Part shown: positions 1 to 10,400 of the stretch, piece after piece
Layout of the letters: the number at the start of each line of letters is the position of its first letter
Position numbering within the stretch: position 1 is the first letter of the stretch
The notes under the pieces: model-generated
Seen by the model: the letters and a program-made list of their open reading frames with translations, nothing else
Database searches by the model: none
What the model was told of the DNA's origin: nothing
Assembly: GCA_965219455.1 (NCBI GenBank)
Contig: OZ244744.1
Span: 1,376,001 to 1,440,000, forward strand
Direction: 5' to 3'
Length of the DNA stretch: 64,000 nt
From: Candidatus Latescibacterota bacterium
GTDB taxonomy: Bacteria > Latescibacterota > UBA2968 > GCA-2709665
Program-made: the position numbers and the translations under genes

Positions 1-1
1 G

Positions 2-679
2 ACTCTGGTTCTTGAAGCCGCATTGCGCCGCAATGACGTGCATGCGATCGCCAGTGAATCTGAGCATGTACTTCGCCCTTTCGATCCGGTGATACCGGAG
101 ACGATTTCGAAAGGAGGTACCCAGACGATCACCAAATTGCAGGGAAACGTAGGCAGGCGAGAAATTGAAATGCCTGCACAGATCCGTTCGACGCAGGGAG
201 GAGTCGGAGAAATGGTCTTTCAGATACGCGTCCATCCGGTTCACGATCTCGCGCCGAAACGGAATGCGCCGCTCGAGCAGTTCGTGGATCGCGTACATCA
301 GATCGTCCTTCGTCACCGGTTTGACCAGGAAATCTCGAGCACCGGCCTTCATCGCTCGGACGGCTTTCGTGAGGCAGTCGGTCTCCGACAAAAAGACGAC
401 GTCGGTGTTTATGGACTCCTGCTGAACGGCTCGCAGAATTTCCAGACCGTTGAGATCCTGCAGAGCGGTGTTCAGGATGGCGATATCGAAGGGTCCGTTA
501 CGGAGGGACCTTAGCGCGTCTTGACCGTTCAGCGTTGTCCGGACGTACCACGTTTCCGACTCCTGCCGGATGATGTTCTGGAGGCGCACACGAACCCGGC
601 GGTCGTTGTCCGCGACGAGGAATGCGATCATCCGGTCCGGGTCACGAGACGTTCGATCCTGTATCGCTGCAATTGACAT
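2..679 (-). CDS. Response regulator, receiver + AraC-type HTH (partial, runs off left edge; not in ORF track)
   Basis: Manual translation of minus strand: MSIAAIQDRTSRDPDRMIAFLVADNDRRVR...FDIAILNTALQDLNG...VVFLS...AMKAGARDFLVKP...LCRHFNFSPAYVSLQF...HRIERAKYMLRFTGDRMHVIAAQCGFKNQS; start codon uncertain. Confidence 0.85.
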   Translation of the reverse strand, partial: MSIAAIQDRTSRDPDRMIAFLVADNDRRVRVRLQNIIRQESETWYVRTTLNGQDALRSLRNGPFDIAILNTALQDLNGLEILRAVQQESINTDVVFLSETDCLTKAVRAMKAGARDFLVKPVTKDDLMYAIHELLERRIPFRREIVNRMDAYLKDHFSDSSLRRTDLCRHFNFSPAYVSLQFGDRLGTSFRNRLRYHRIERAKYMLRFTGDRMHVIAAQCGFKNQS

Positions 680-701
680 TGAAACAGGCGTTCCATATAT
701 T
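673..701 (+). promoter_or_regulatory. Sigma70-type promoter of sRNA copy A
   Basis: TTGACA (673-678), 17-bp spacer, TATATT (696-701). Confidence 0.75.
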
Positions 702-707
702 TATCGT

Positions 708-823
708 GAGGGCCGCATCCTGTCTCACGGCACAAAAGCGCCGAGGGACAAACGGGGTGTGCGCCTTTCTGGATGACCGTCGGTTTTCGACTCTGGCCGG
801 TCAGGGGACCGACGGTCTTTTCT
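708..823 (+). ncRNA. Putative sRNA, family 1, copy A (antisense to region upstream of the AraC regulator)
   Basis: Promoter directly upstream, long 5' stem-loop, terminator hairpin GACCGTCGG...CCGACGGTC + TTTT; homologous to 39332-39447 (-). Confidence 0.65.
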
Positions 824-1246
824 ATCTAATCGTGCTCGTCCGTGAATTACAAAGCCCATTAACGCGGCTTACGTTGCTCGTACTCCATAATGGAATTTAT
901 CCGACATACAACCGATCCACAGTTGCACCCGCGATAGGTCGTTTGGCGTCGGTTTTAGTCGCCAGCAATTACCCGCCAGTGCCACGGTTCGCTGCCGGTC
1001 GATTACACTGGAGAAATGCTCTTCCAAGTGACTGAAGTTACGGGCCTCTTCAAGTAGGCCCTGGATTCCTGAAGCATCCTGGCCTATATTTACCATAAGA
1101 AGATAATAAATTATTTATGACAAACACGTGACAATAAGCCCATATTTTATGATATTATTGTGATATTGCCCAATGCGGCATGATTGATCGGTTCCGGTCG
1201 GCCCGATGTCTCCTGGCCGTCCGTCTTAGCCGATGGAGGAGAGAAC

Positions 1247-3664
1247 GTGGCGCAAAAAGACGAGCGCGATCGGCAGATATCGGTCCTCCGCGACCGCCTG
1301 CTCAGGCTGAGCGAGGCCAGCCTTCGCATCAACGAAAGCCTGGACTTCGAAACGGTTCTGCAAGGGGTACTGGACAGCGCCAGAGCGTTGACTGACTCAC
1401 GGTACGGCGTCATTACGGTCTTCGAGGCAACAGGAGAAATACAGCACTTCCTTGCCTCGGGGATAACTCTCCATCAGGCGCAGCAATTGTGGCAAATCCC
1501 TGGAGCGATGCAGTTCTTCGGGTTGCTCCGGGAGATTCGAGAGCCGTTGAGGTTGCGCGACTTTCACAGCCACACCCGGTCATTGGGTCTTCCCGAATTC
1601 CGCCCTCCTATGCCCGTCAGCGAAGCGTTGTCCTTTCTGGCATCGCCAGTCCGGCACAGAGGCAAATCTGTGGGCAACATCTACCTTGGCGAGAAGAGTC
1701 GAGGGCGCGAGTACACCGAGGATGACGAATCCACCCTCACGATGTTTGCAGCCCAGGCGGCGCTGGTCATCGGCAACGCGCGGAGCTATCGGGAAGAGCA
1801 ACGCGTCAGGACAAACCTCGAAACACTCATCAACACGTCACCGGTGGGCGTGGTGGTCTTCGACACGATTACTGGAAAGCTGGCGTCATTCAATCGTGAG
1901 GCCGCGAGGATCCTGGAGGGCGTGCGAATCCACGGTCGACACCCTGAAAGACTGCTGGAAGTCATGACGATCCGTCGAGCCGACGGGCGGGAGTTCTCCC
2001 TGCAGGAACTTTCCGTAGACCAGGCTATGAAGCCAGGCGAGACGGTGCGCGCCGAGCAGGTTGAGTTTCGAGTCCCCGATGGAAGGAAAGTAACCGCGCT
2101 GATGAACGCCACGCCCATCCGAACGGATGATGATTGTGTGGAGTCCTTTGTCGTGACCCTACAGGACTTGGCGCCACTGGAGGAACTGGAACGGCTTCGT
2201 GCCGAGTTCCTGGCTATGGTCAGCCACGAACTCCGTGTCCCGCTGACGTCGATCAAGGGCTCGACCACCACCTTGCTCGACGACTCGACTGTCCTCGACC
2301 CCGCCGAAGCGCGACAGTTTTACCGGATCATCGACCACCAAGCCGACCTCATGCGGGACCTGATCAGCGACCTGCTGGACGTCGCGCAGATCGAGACCGG
2401 CTCGCTCTCGGTCGCTCCCAGGCCGACTGACCTGACCGACATCGTCGACCAGGCCAGAAACACGTTCCTGAGCGGCGGGGGCAGGAATAGATTTGAAATC
2501 GACTTCCCGTCGGATCTTCCGTGGGTCATGGCGGACCGGCGCCGCATCGTGCAGGTGTTGAACAATCTCATTGCCAACGCCGCACGATACTCAGAAGCGT
2601 CCTCTGCCATACGGCTAACAGCAGTCCGGGAAGACATTCACGTGGCGATTTCCGTTGCCGATGAAGGCGCGGGGGTTGCCGCGGATCTCCTGCCACACCT
2701 CTTCGGGAAGTTTTCGGGGATCGACACCGTTAACGGCAAGCGCAGGGCTTCTGATACCGGTCTGGGCCTCGCCATCTGCAAGGGAATCGTGGAAGCGCAC
2801 GGAGGACGGGTGTGGGCCGAAAGCGACGGACCCGGCCTGGGCACTACATTAACCTTCACCGTCCCCGTGGCTGAGGAGACCCCTGGCGGCTCGGTCCCGG
2901 AAACCGTCAGTAAGACCGAGCATTCTCGTGATCCTCACCGACCAGGCGACAAGATCCTCGTTGTCGATGACGACCCACAAACGCTGAAGTACGTTCGTGA
3001 CACCCTTACGAGTGCAGGCTACACGCCCATCGTGACCGCGGATCCCGAACAGGTCGCACGTTACATCGCGTCGGACAGACCCCAGTTGGTCCTTCTGGAT
3101 CTGTTGTTGCCCGGCGCTGACGGAATTGAACTGATGGAAGGGATCCTCGAGGTTACCGAAGTGCCGGTGATCTTCCTGTCCGCATACGGTCGCGACGAAA
3201 CTATCGCTCGGGCATTTGAATCGGGCGCAACGGATTATGTGGTCAAACCCTTTTCCCCGACGGAACTCGTCGCTAGAATTAAATCCGCACTAAGAAGGAG
3301 GGAGACCGGCCAGGATCGGGCTGAGCCCGAACGGCCCTACGTGCTTGGGGACCTGACGGTCAACTACGAGGAGCAGCGCGTGACTGTGGCGGGATGCCGC
3401 GTGCAATTGACCGCCGGCGAGTATCACTTACTGTACGAACTCTCGATAAGACCAGGTCGGGTACTGACGTACGAACGACTCTTACGGCGAATCTGGGGCC
3501 TACGGAACGTCAACGATTTTCGTCGAATCCGCACACTCGTCAAGAGGCTGCGACGCAAGCTGGGCGACGACGCCAACGACCCACGTTACATTGTCACGGA
3601 GCACGGTGTCGGATATCGTATGGGCAAGCCTGAAGAGATCCGGGAAGCGTCGTCTCAACCGTAA
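1247..3664 (+). CDS. Cytoplasmic hybrid sensor kinase/regulator: GAF-PAS-HisKA-HATPase-REC-OmpR/PhoB winged helix
   Basis: H-box FLAMVSHELRVPL, N-box QVLNNLIANA, GTGLGL-like DTGLGLAI, REC ILVVDDD...LLD, wHTH LTAGEYHLL...IVTEHGVGYR; GTG start after GGAGGA. Confidence 0.93.
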   Translation: MAQKDERDRQISVLRDRLLRLSEASLRINESLDFETVLQGVLDSARALTDSRYGVITVFEATGEIQHFLASGITLHQAQQLWQIPGAMQFFGLLREIREPLRLRDFHSHTRSLGLPEFRPPMPVSEALSFLASPVRHRGKSVGNIYLGEKSRGREYTEDDESTLTMFAAQAALVIGNARSYREEQRVRTNLETLINTSPVGVVVFDTITGKLASFNREAARILEGVRIHGRHPERLLEVMTIRRADGREFSLQELSVDQAMKPGETVRAEQVEFRVPDGRKVTALMNATPIRTDDDCVESFVVTLQDLAPLEELERLRAEFLAMVSHELRVPLTSIKGSTTTLLDDSTVLDPAEARQFYRIIDHQADLMRDLISDLLDVAQIETGSLSVAPRPTDLTDIVDQARNTFLSGGGRNRFEIDFPSDLPWVMADRRRIVQVLNNLIANAARYSEASSAIRLTAVREDIHVAISVADEGAGVAADLLPHLFGKFSGIDTVNGKRRASDTGLGLAICKGIVEAHGGRVWAESDGPGLGTTLTFTVPVAEETPGGSVPETVSKTEHSRDPHRPGDKILVVDDDPQTLKYVRDTLTSAGYTPIVTADPEQVARYIASDRPQLVLLDLLLPGADGIELMEGILEVTEVPVIFLSAYGRDETIARAFESGATDYVVKPFSPTELVARIKSALRRRETGQDRAEPERPYVLGDLTVNYEEQRVTVAGCRVQLTAGEYHLLYELSIRPGRVLTYERLLRRIWGLRNVNDFRRIRTLVKRLRRKLGDDANDPRYIVTEHGVGYRMGKPEEIREASSQP

Positions 3665-3717
3665 ACAGCGATTGCGCTCGACTTCGCGCCCGGACCCCGC
3701 ATTGGCGCCAACACACA

Positions 3718-3742
3718 GGGCACCCACAAGGGGTGCCCCTAC
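3718..3742 (-). repeat. GTAG-type REP-like palindrome
   Basis: GTAGGGGCACCCCTTGTGGGTGCCC; relatives at 3841-3863 and 27583-27607. Confidence 0.7.
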
Positions 3743-3840
3743 GCCTGGTTTATCAAAGACCGCGGTTCCGTTGGGGATTGCCGCGAACTCGTCCAATTCC
3801 ACGGTCGAGAACCGGTCAGGAATTTCGCTACCGTGTTAAT

Positions 3841-3863
3841 GGCGGTTCGCGAACCGCCCCTAC
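3841..3863 (-). repeat. GTAG-type REP-like palindrome
   Basis: GTAGGGGCGGTTCGCGAACCGCC. Confidence 0.7.
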
Positions 3864-3899
3864 AACGGGTTTGTGAATGACCAGGACCAGAAATGGAAT

Positions 3900-3932
3900 A
3901 AAAATACCCCGGCAATGCCGGGGTATTTTTTT
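3900..3932. terminator. Bidirectional intrinsic terminator
   Basis: AAAAATACCCCGGC-AAT-GCCGGGGTATTTTTTT between convergent genes. Confidence 0.85.
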
Positions 3933-3975
3933 CTCGAGTATTGAACAGACGAGGCGAAAGCCAATCAGACTCCCA

Positions 3976-4929
3976 TCAGAACGATCCGCTCAGGCTGAAG
4001 CGAAGCGGTGGATCGAAATCGTTTCCCTCGCTGTACGCGAAATCGACTCGGACGACCTTGCCCTCGATGGGCTTGACCTTCAACCCCAGTCCCAGACTGT
4101 AAACCTCCGTATCGTATCCGGGTTTGACTCCGGCGCGCAATGCGAACGCGTTCTGGAGCCAGAGTTCGCCGCCGATACGATACCGCGGCTCGGAGTAGTC
4201 CGTCGCGTAGTGACTCTCTCCGGTAAACGTGAGATAGGTGGCGTCGCTGCCTTTTTCGCCGAAGACTTCCACCGCGAACCCAAAGTCGAATGCGACCGGC
4301 ATCTGATAGTTGATTTCACGGGACTTAATGTCTTTGCCGAGGTTCTTGAACGCCATCCCGAGCCGAAGGCTTCTGAAACCGGTGTTGAACGTCGTGCCGA
4401 AATTGACGTCCACACCGGTCAACCTGTCCACGTCGATGGTTTCCTGGGTCCACCTCACCTGAAATCCGAACGAGAGCTTATCGGTCAACTTCGTCGCGTA
4501 GGAAGCCCCGATGCTGAAATCTCCGATCTCCAGCATTCTGCCGGTCCCGATCGGCTGATAAATGGTCGTCTCCTCCACGTCCGGAACCGAAAACGCCATC
4601 ACGGACAAACCGACCACACCGCGGGCCGTATTGTAGGCGAGCGCACCCGAATAGAATCGGGTATCGACGAGCCAGCGGGTGTACGAAAGGGTATATTCCA
4701 TCTCTTCGACGTTGGTGAGTCCGGCCGGGTTCACAAAGATGGTGCTGATGTCGTCCGCGATAGCCGTAAACGCCCCGCCCATGCCCGCAACACGCGCCCC
4801 ATGATCCACCTTGTGTACGGAGAATACGGCCTGGCCGAGCCGCTTCTGCGTGTCGCCGTAAGCAACCTCGGGAAACAGCATCGCGTATGCCGTGCACGCC
4901 ACGATTCCAATCGACAAGATCCGTTTCAT
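3976..4929 (-). CDS. PorV/PorQ-family outer-membrane beta-barrel protein
   Basis: Signal peptide, GARVAGMGGAFTAIADDISTIFVNPAGL motif, C-terminal Phe. Confidence 0.85.
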   Translation of the reverse strand: MKRILSIGIVACTAYAMLFPEVAYGDTQKRLGQAVFSVHKVDHGARVAGMGGAFTAIADDISTIFVNPAGLTNVEEMEYTLSYTRWLVDTRFYSGALAYNTARGVVGLSVMAFSVPDVEETTIYQPIGTGRMLEIGDFSIGASYATKLTDKLSFGFQVRWTQETIDVDRLTGVDVNFGTTFNTGFRSLRLGMAFKNLGKDIKSREINYQMPVAFDFGFAVEVFGEKGSDATYLTFTGESHYATDYSEPRYRIGGELWLQNAFALRAGVKPGYDTEVYSLGLGLKVKPIEGKVVRVDFAYSEGNDFDPPLRFSLSGSF

Positions 4930-5010
4930 AGGTTTGTTCCTTCTCCGATTCGGTTGAGCGGTTCGACGAAAAGGCGTATCGGGAATCCTTGACCCGGTAA
5001 TTCGGCCGTC

Positions 5011-7317
5011 TCACTTGCTGATAACGAATATTCCCCGTTGAATTTTTCCCGTTGTTCCATCCACCAGCGATTCGACCACGTAAAAGTACACGCCGGCGGA
5101 AGCCGAACCGACGTTGTCGATGGTTGTCTGGCTCCAGGTGGTCTCGCCCCGCCCCTGGTCGTCGTGATTCACCTCTGCGATCAGATCTCCGGCGACCGTG
5201 TATATCCTGATCTGGCACTTCCGCGGGATGTTCAAAAACCGAATCTGGCCTTTGTTCTCGTAGGCGTGGGCGCCGTCATCCCGGTAGGGATTGGGGGTCA
5301 CGATCACCTTACGATCCAGTTGGTCGGACTGCGCCGTGGACGGGACATAGGGGGTCGAAACCTTGACGCCGTTCACCCACTGCTCGGGTGAACTGTTCCC
5401 GCTTTCCAGAGAGGGTATGGCGATTCCGGTGCCGTTCCAGTCGCTGTGCGCCTCGCTGTACGTGCGGACACTGTAGTCGTACAGGAATCCCGCAACCGAT
5501 TTCGTATCGACAAAGTCGTACTTGCCGCCGCTGTAAAACGGATCCGCCTTTAACGGGATTTCCTGTATCAACTCCCAGGCGTCGCGCTTGAAGAGCGAGC
5601 GGTATACCCGGTAGCCCCTTACGTCCCTGGCCTCCTCACCCAAGTAGTCGGGGTTGACCGCGTCGTCGGCCGTGGCATCCCAGACGAGAGTAATGAAGCC
5701 TTCCGTTGTCACGCTCACGTCCACGTTCACGTCGGGGGGCGCGTCGGGAAGGTCGTAGTTCCACTGAAAGGCTTCCTTGGCTTTATCGACGTGCTTGACC
5801 AGGTTGTTGAAAGCCTTGTCCGTACGCATCTCATCCTGATTGCCCAGCTTGGCCCAGCCCCAGATATTCTCTTCAACGGGCGCGGCCGCAGCCAGAACGA
5901 AGACGAATTTGGCCTTGTCGCCGGGCGCGAGGTCGTATGGACCGTAAGCGATCGACCCATGCCAGGCCCCGACCACCGGTGGATTATCTTTGATATCGGA
6001 TTCGGCGCCCGCCAGCATTTCATAGATTTCCTGGTAGGAATGATTGCCATGATCCGGCTCGTCGAAGTCGCCCCGGTTCCGGTATTCCCACCATCTCACC
6101 GTATGGGGCTGATCGTCCATTCTGGGGGCGACGTAGCTGTTGTCGCCATTCGTGTCGTAGGAAAAGGTGCCCGGATCGTTCGAGGTTGACGGCAGGTACG
6201 CGATGGGCGCGAATCCGGTGTACTGAAATGCCGTCAACTCCCCCGGTACCCGCACCTGCGATGGCCGCCCGCGATAGCCGGGGTTTGCCGTGGAAGGGTT
6301 GTATGGCTTGCCCAGGTCGTCGCCCGGCATGAGCGGGTTGTCCCCGTCGAAGGCGTACCACATTTTCATGCCCATTCCCAGGGCCGGGCCGTCGTAGTTG
6401 GCCGCCTCGGTGAACTTGAACCAGTCGTCGTTGTCGGTCGGTTTGGTGTTTCGGTACCACGCATCGTAGTTCATCCACCCGTGCCCTGCCTGGGAGATGA
6501 AAAAGCGCACCGAAAAGGCGAAAAAGGTGTCGTTCAGCTGCAGTCCGGCGCCGCCGTTCACGTCGGCCGCGCCGTCCCCGTCGGAATCCCCGGTGTTCTC
6601 GAACTCGTATTCCATAATTTGAAAGTCGTCGTAGTCGGGATAACTCCAGGTATAGACCTTTTTGGTTACCGTGATCCCCCGCTTCGTGGTATAGCGCATA
6701 ATGAGAACGCTCTCGGGGAACCTATCCTTATCGGCATCCATATACTGGCCGTACCGGTAGTTGTGAATCTCGGTGACGTACCTGCTTTCTACCGGGGGCT
6801 GCCCCGGCCACCAGTTGGCCATCGCGGGCCCTACGGGAGAATAGTTCGGGTACCCGATAGTCGCCTCCGGCCCCATGGACGCATCGTAGGACATCATCCT
6901 GATGTCGTCCGTAATGGCGCGAGGCTTCGACACCGACACGTAGTATTCGCCCTCGGGATCGTCCGGCGCGCGCGTTGCTATGTACGTGCTGAAACCGGGC
7001 ATCGTGGCCGTCGATTCGAAAAGGGCGGCATAGGCCGGATGAAGCGAACCCCAGCTCCGCTCTCCCCAGTAGTCCTGAAATTCCGTGGAGTACTGTCGGG
7101 TCCATACGCCGGGATATTGCATGCCCATCTGGCGGTAATAGCTCAACCAGGCGTCCGGATCTTCGGAAACGCCCTGAGTCCCATAGTTCCAGAACATGTC
7201 CCACACCTTCGCGCGCGTCTGGAACCTGTGGTTCTCCTGTGCCGCCGCGGGGTCCGGCACGCACAGAAGCAACGCAAGAAGCACTGTCATCGCCTCGATC
7301 TTCGGAATCTTGCTCAT
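5011..7317 (-). CDS. Secreted protein with FN3-like region and T9SS/FlgD-type C-terminal sorting domain
   Basis: Signal peptide (AAA-Q), VRGYRVYRS, C-terminus VTPNPYR...IRIYTVAGDLI...ASAGVYFYVV. Confidence 0.8.
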   Translation of the reverse strand: MSKIPKIEAMTVLLALLLCVPDPAAAQENHRFQTRAKVWDMFWNYGTQGVSEDPDAWLSYYRQMGMQYPGVWTRQYSTEFQDYWGERSWGSLHPAYAALFESTATMPGFSTYIATRAPDDPEGEYYVSVSKPRAITDDIRMMSYDASMGPEATIGYPNYSPVGPAMANWWPGQPPVESRYVTEIHNYRYGQYMDADKDRFPESVLIMRYTTKRGITVTKKVYTWSYPDYDDFQIMEYEFENTGDSDGDGAADVNGGAGLQLNDTFFAFSVRFFISQAGHGWMNYDAWYRNTKPTDNDDWFKFTEAANYDGPALGMGMKMWYAFDGDNPLMPGDDLGKPYNPSTANPGYRGRPSQVRVPGELTAFQYTGFAPIAYLPSTSNDPGTFSYDTNGDNSYVAPRMDDQPHTVRWWEYRNRGDFDEPDHGNHSYQEIYEMLAGAESDIKDNPPVVGAWHGSIAYGPYDLAPGDKAKFVFVLAAAAPVEENIWGWAKLGNQDEMRTDKAFNNLVKHVDKAKEAFQWNYDLPDAPPDVNVDVSVTTEGFITLVWDATADDAVNPDYLGEEARDVRGYRVYRSLFKRDAWELIQEIPLKADPFYSGGKYDFVDTKSVAGFLYDYSVRTYSEAHSDWNGTGIAIPSLESGNSSPEQWVNGVKVSTPYVPSTAQSDQLDRKVIVTPNPYRDDGAHAYENKGQIRFLNIPRKCQIRIYTVAGDLIAEVNHDDQGRGETTWSQTTIDNVGSASAGVYFYVVESLVDGTTGKIQRGIFVISK

Positions 7318-7422
7318 CTCCCAGGTCTCCTTCGTGTCAGCATGAGTTGTTCCCGCATCCGGTTTGCCCGGGCTGTTTGAATATGGAACTCTTCAAGGGC
7401 ATTGTCTTTACGGCCGTTGTCG

Positions 7423-10400
7423 TTAGAACCGCATTCGAATACCCACGTGCGTTATCCGGGGTTCGCCGATATACCGGCTGCGATCCTGAAAATCGCCGTA
7501 ATTGAGATAGTTCGCATCGTTCGGCCGGGGCGCCTGCAGCCCCCACCACATATAGTCGGTTCCCGAGGCAAAAGCGTCCTGCTGGTTGAACAGATTGAAG
7601 ACCTCCAGGAACACGTCGGCATTGGCCCGACCGAATTCGAAGCGTTTCTGCAAGTTCAGATCCATAACCGTGCGCAATGGACCTCGCGCTACCTGGCGCG
7701 TACCGTCGAGGACCAGATACGTAAACTGCGATCCGGTATAGATCCGGTAGATCAGGTTGGCGTTGATGCCCCCCAGAAGCGTGCTTCCGGCAACATTCGG
7801 CCCCATGCCGAAATCCTGCGGCGTGGACAGGAACATCTGGAGGCTGCCCTGGCTCCTGCGTCCCACCTCCGTGCCCGGATTCGCCCTGTGCCCGTGCACG
7901 ATCCACAGACCGCGAGCCCCCTCCCGGGCCGCATCCGAAAGCCAGTTCTCCTCCCAGGTTGGCACAATGGCGTCCCGGTTCGTTGAGAAGTCGTAGACAT
8001 ATCCTCCGGCGACGCGCCGGTCCGCCTGGGCGGTTTTTATGGCCTCGTTGGCGCCGTGACCGATGATCCGGATCTGTTCATCGGTAAGGGTTACGGGACG
8101 CTCCGAGCCACCCGCGGCCTCCCACGCGAAGAAATAATTGCCGCTGGCAATGTAATTCGAGTCCGGTATCACGGTGGCGCCGTTGCTGACGGTGCCGCCC
8201 CCTCCGAGGCTGTAGTCGCTCCAGGCCAGGTTGAGGGCCGCGCGGAACGAGAAGTAGTGGCTGAAACCCTTCCTCAAGCTGAATTCCAGGCCCCGCGTGT
8301 CTTCAAGGCGGATATTGGACAGGCTGCTGGTGAGCCGCTGGCGGAGGCGGACGCCCGCCCCACGCAACTCCGGGTACAGGAACACGTCCCAACCCCCGGT
8401 TTCCTGGAACGAAGCGCTCTTATAGAACGTCGCCAGCGCGAGTGTATAGTCGGAAATGAAGTTCCAGTCGGCGCCCAGTTCGAAGCTGATCGTCCGCGCC
8501 GTATTGTCCCACATCGGCCGCGCGATGGACGTGGTTGCGGGCCGGTAGTGGCTGGTGTATTCGCTGAAGCCGATGCCCGGTATCCCGTCTCCGGAGCCGA
8601 ACCACTGGTCGTGGAACATCTGATAAAAACTCGGCAACTGATAGAAATGGCCGTAGAAAAAATGGAGGCTCGACCTGTATGTGATCGGGTGCGAGATACC
8701 CAACCGCGGACTCCAGTTCACGATGGGCTTCATGGGGTACCTGGGCGCCGTAAGATATCGCGACATGGTCGTATATTGGAAAGCCCGGAGTGCCCCCATC
8801 ACGGGAACATTGGCGCCCCAGAAGCGGTCGTAGCGGATGCCGGCGTTGACAATGAAGCCCTCGAACTCCATCTTGTCCTGGACGTAGGCTGCGAACTGCC
8901 TGGGCTCTGTCGGCGTTCCGGGTTCCGGGTCGCCGATATACAGGATCTGTTTCCGCGCGTCGCCGGGCGTGTTGCCTTCACGGATAAAATGGTTGCTATA
9001 GCCCGTGAAGTCGATCCCGATCTTGTAGAAGTGCGTTTTCGTGAGTTGGCTTGACAGGTCGGACTTCAGACCGCTCCTGGTCTGTTGACCCAGGGTATAC
9101 GCGCGAACGTCCCCCCGGTCGGTGTAGAACCAGCCGTCCGAATCGCTTCCGATGTCCGCCGTCGTGTTCGAAACGCCGCTGGTATCCTGTGTGCTCTGAT
9201 ACCGCGAGAGCCTCAGTTCGTAGAAGGTCCGTGGACTGACCGTGTGCGTTACCACGCCGTAGACAACGCTTTCGGTGTTGGTCATTTCCCCCGCAGGTGA
9301 CCCTACAGGTAGAAAAATGTCGCGGCCCGGGCCCCTGAGGACGTTGCTGACGGACCGGGTTGTCCCGCCCAGCCCGCCGTTGTTGAAAACCTTCCACCGG
9401 TCGTAAATCCAGCCGATCTGCATCTTGACACTGTCGTGCGCCCGGATGGTCAACTTCGCCGTGTTCCGGGTATTGAACGGACGCACGGTCCACGCCCCCG
9501 GAAATGCCGCCGCATCCCGGCGGTGCCGCGAACTGATGAAAAAGGACGTTTCCGGGAGAAGCGGGCCGCCGAGATAGGCGTCAAAGTAGTGACCCCGCTG
9601 ATCGGTATAGTTGGTCCTCTGGTGCACAAGCGCGCCGGTCTCCGGATCCACCTCGGATGTCCACGCGGGATCGTTCCACCGCATGTGCCCACGGTGTTCC
9701 GGCGCGTCGTATACGTTGGCGCCCCAGTGTTTCTTGCCGCCGGGCGTCAGCCGATACTCGGCCTCGCCGAGGTACGTCGACCCTCCGTCCCGTGTCACCA
9801 TCTGCACCACCCCCGCCTGCGCGTTTCCGTACTCGGCGTTCATCCCCCCCGTGATCACGGAGACCTCCTGCAGTGCCTTCACGTTGGCGCCCCACCACTG
9901 GCTGCCCCGTGAAGTGGGTCCCCCGCGCCCGTCCTGGTTCTGCAGCCGCACGCCGTCCACGTAGATCAGGTTGTCTTCCACCTGACCGCCGCGAATCACG
10001 CCGCTGCCGTCCACCGCCACGCCCGCCTCCAGCGCGACAAACTCGGAGGCGTCTCTGAGAATTGGCGTCCGCGCGATATCCTGGGCGGTCACCACGTACC
10101 GGCTCTCCGTCTTGTCCGGCTCCACGGGAGGCGCTTCAGCGACGACAACCATCTCCTCCAACTCCAACTCCTGTTCACGAAGCCGGAAATTCAGCGTCAC
10201 GGTGAAATCAGACCGGACCTGGATCTGTTCCTGTGTCACCGAATGGTAGCCAACCATCGAAGCCGTCATCTTGTACATTGCCGGATCGGCGGAGACTATA
10301 ATGTAGAACCCCTCGGCATCCGTGGAAGCGCCCAGCCGCGTCCCTTCGAGGACCACGCTGGCGCCGGGCAGCGGCTCCCCATTATCGTCGGTCACGTTTC

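Noticed and set aside
23-514. 163-aa plus-strand ORF
   Set aside because: Antisense shadow of the response regulator
708-823. c-di-GMP-I (GEMM) riboswitch
   Set aside because: GGGACAAA resembles GGGACGCAAA, but the GGCAAACC/GNRA core is absent and the element has its own promoter and terminator
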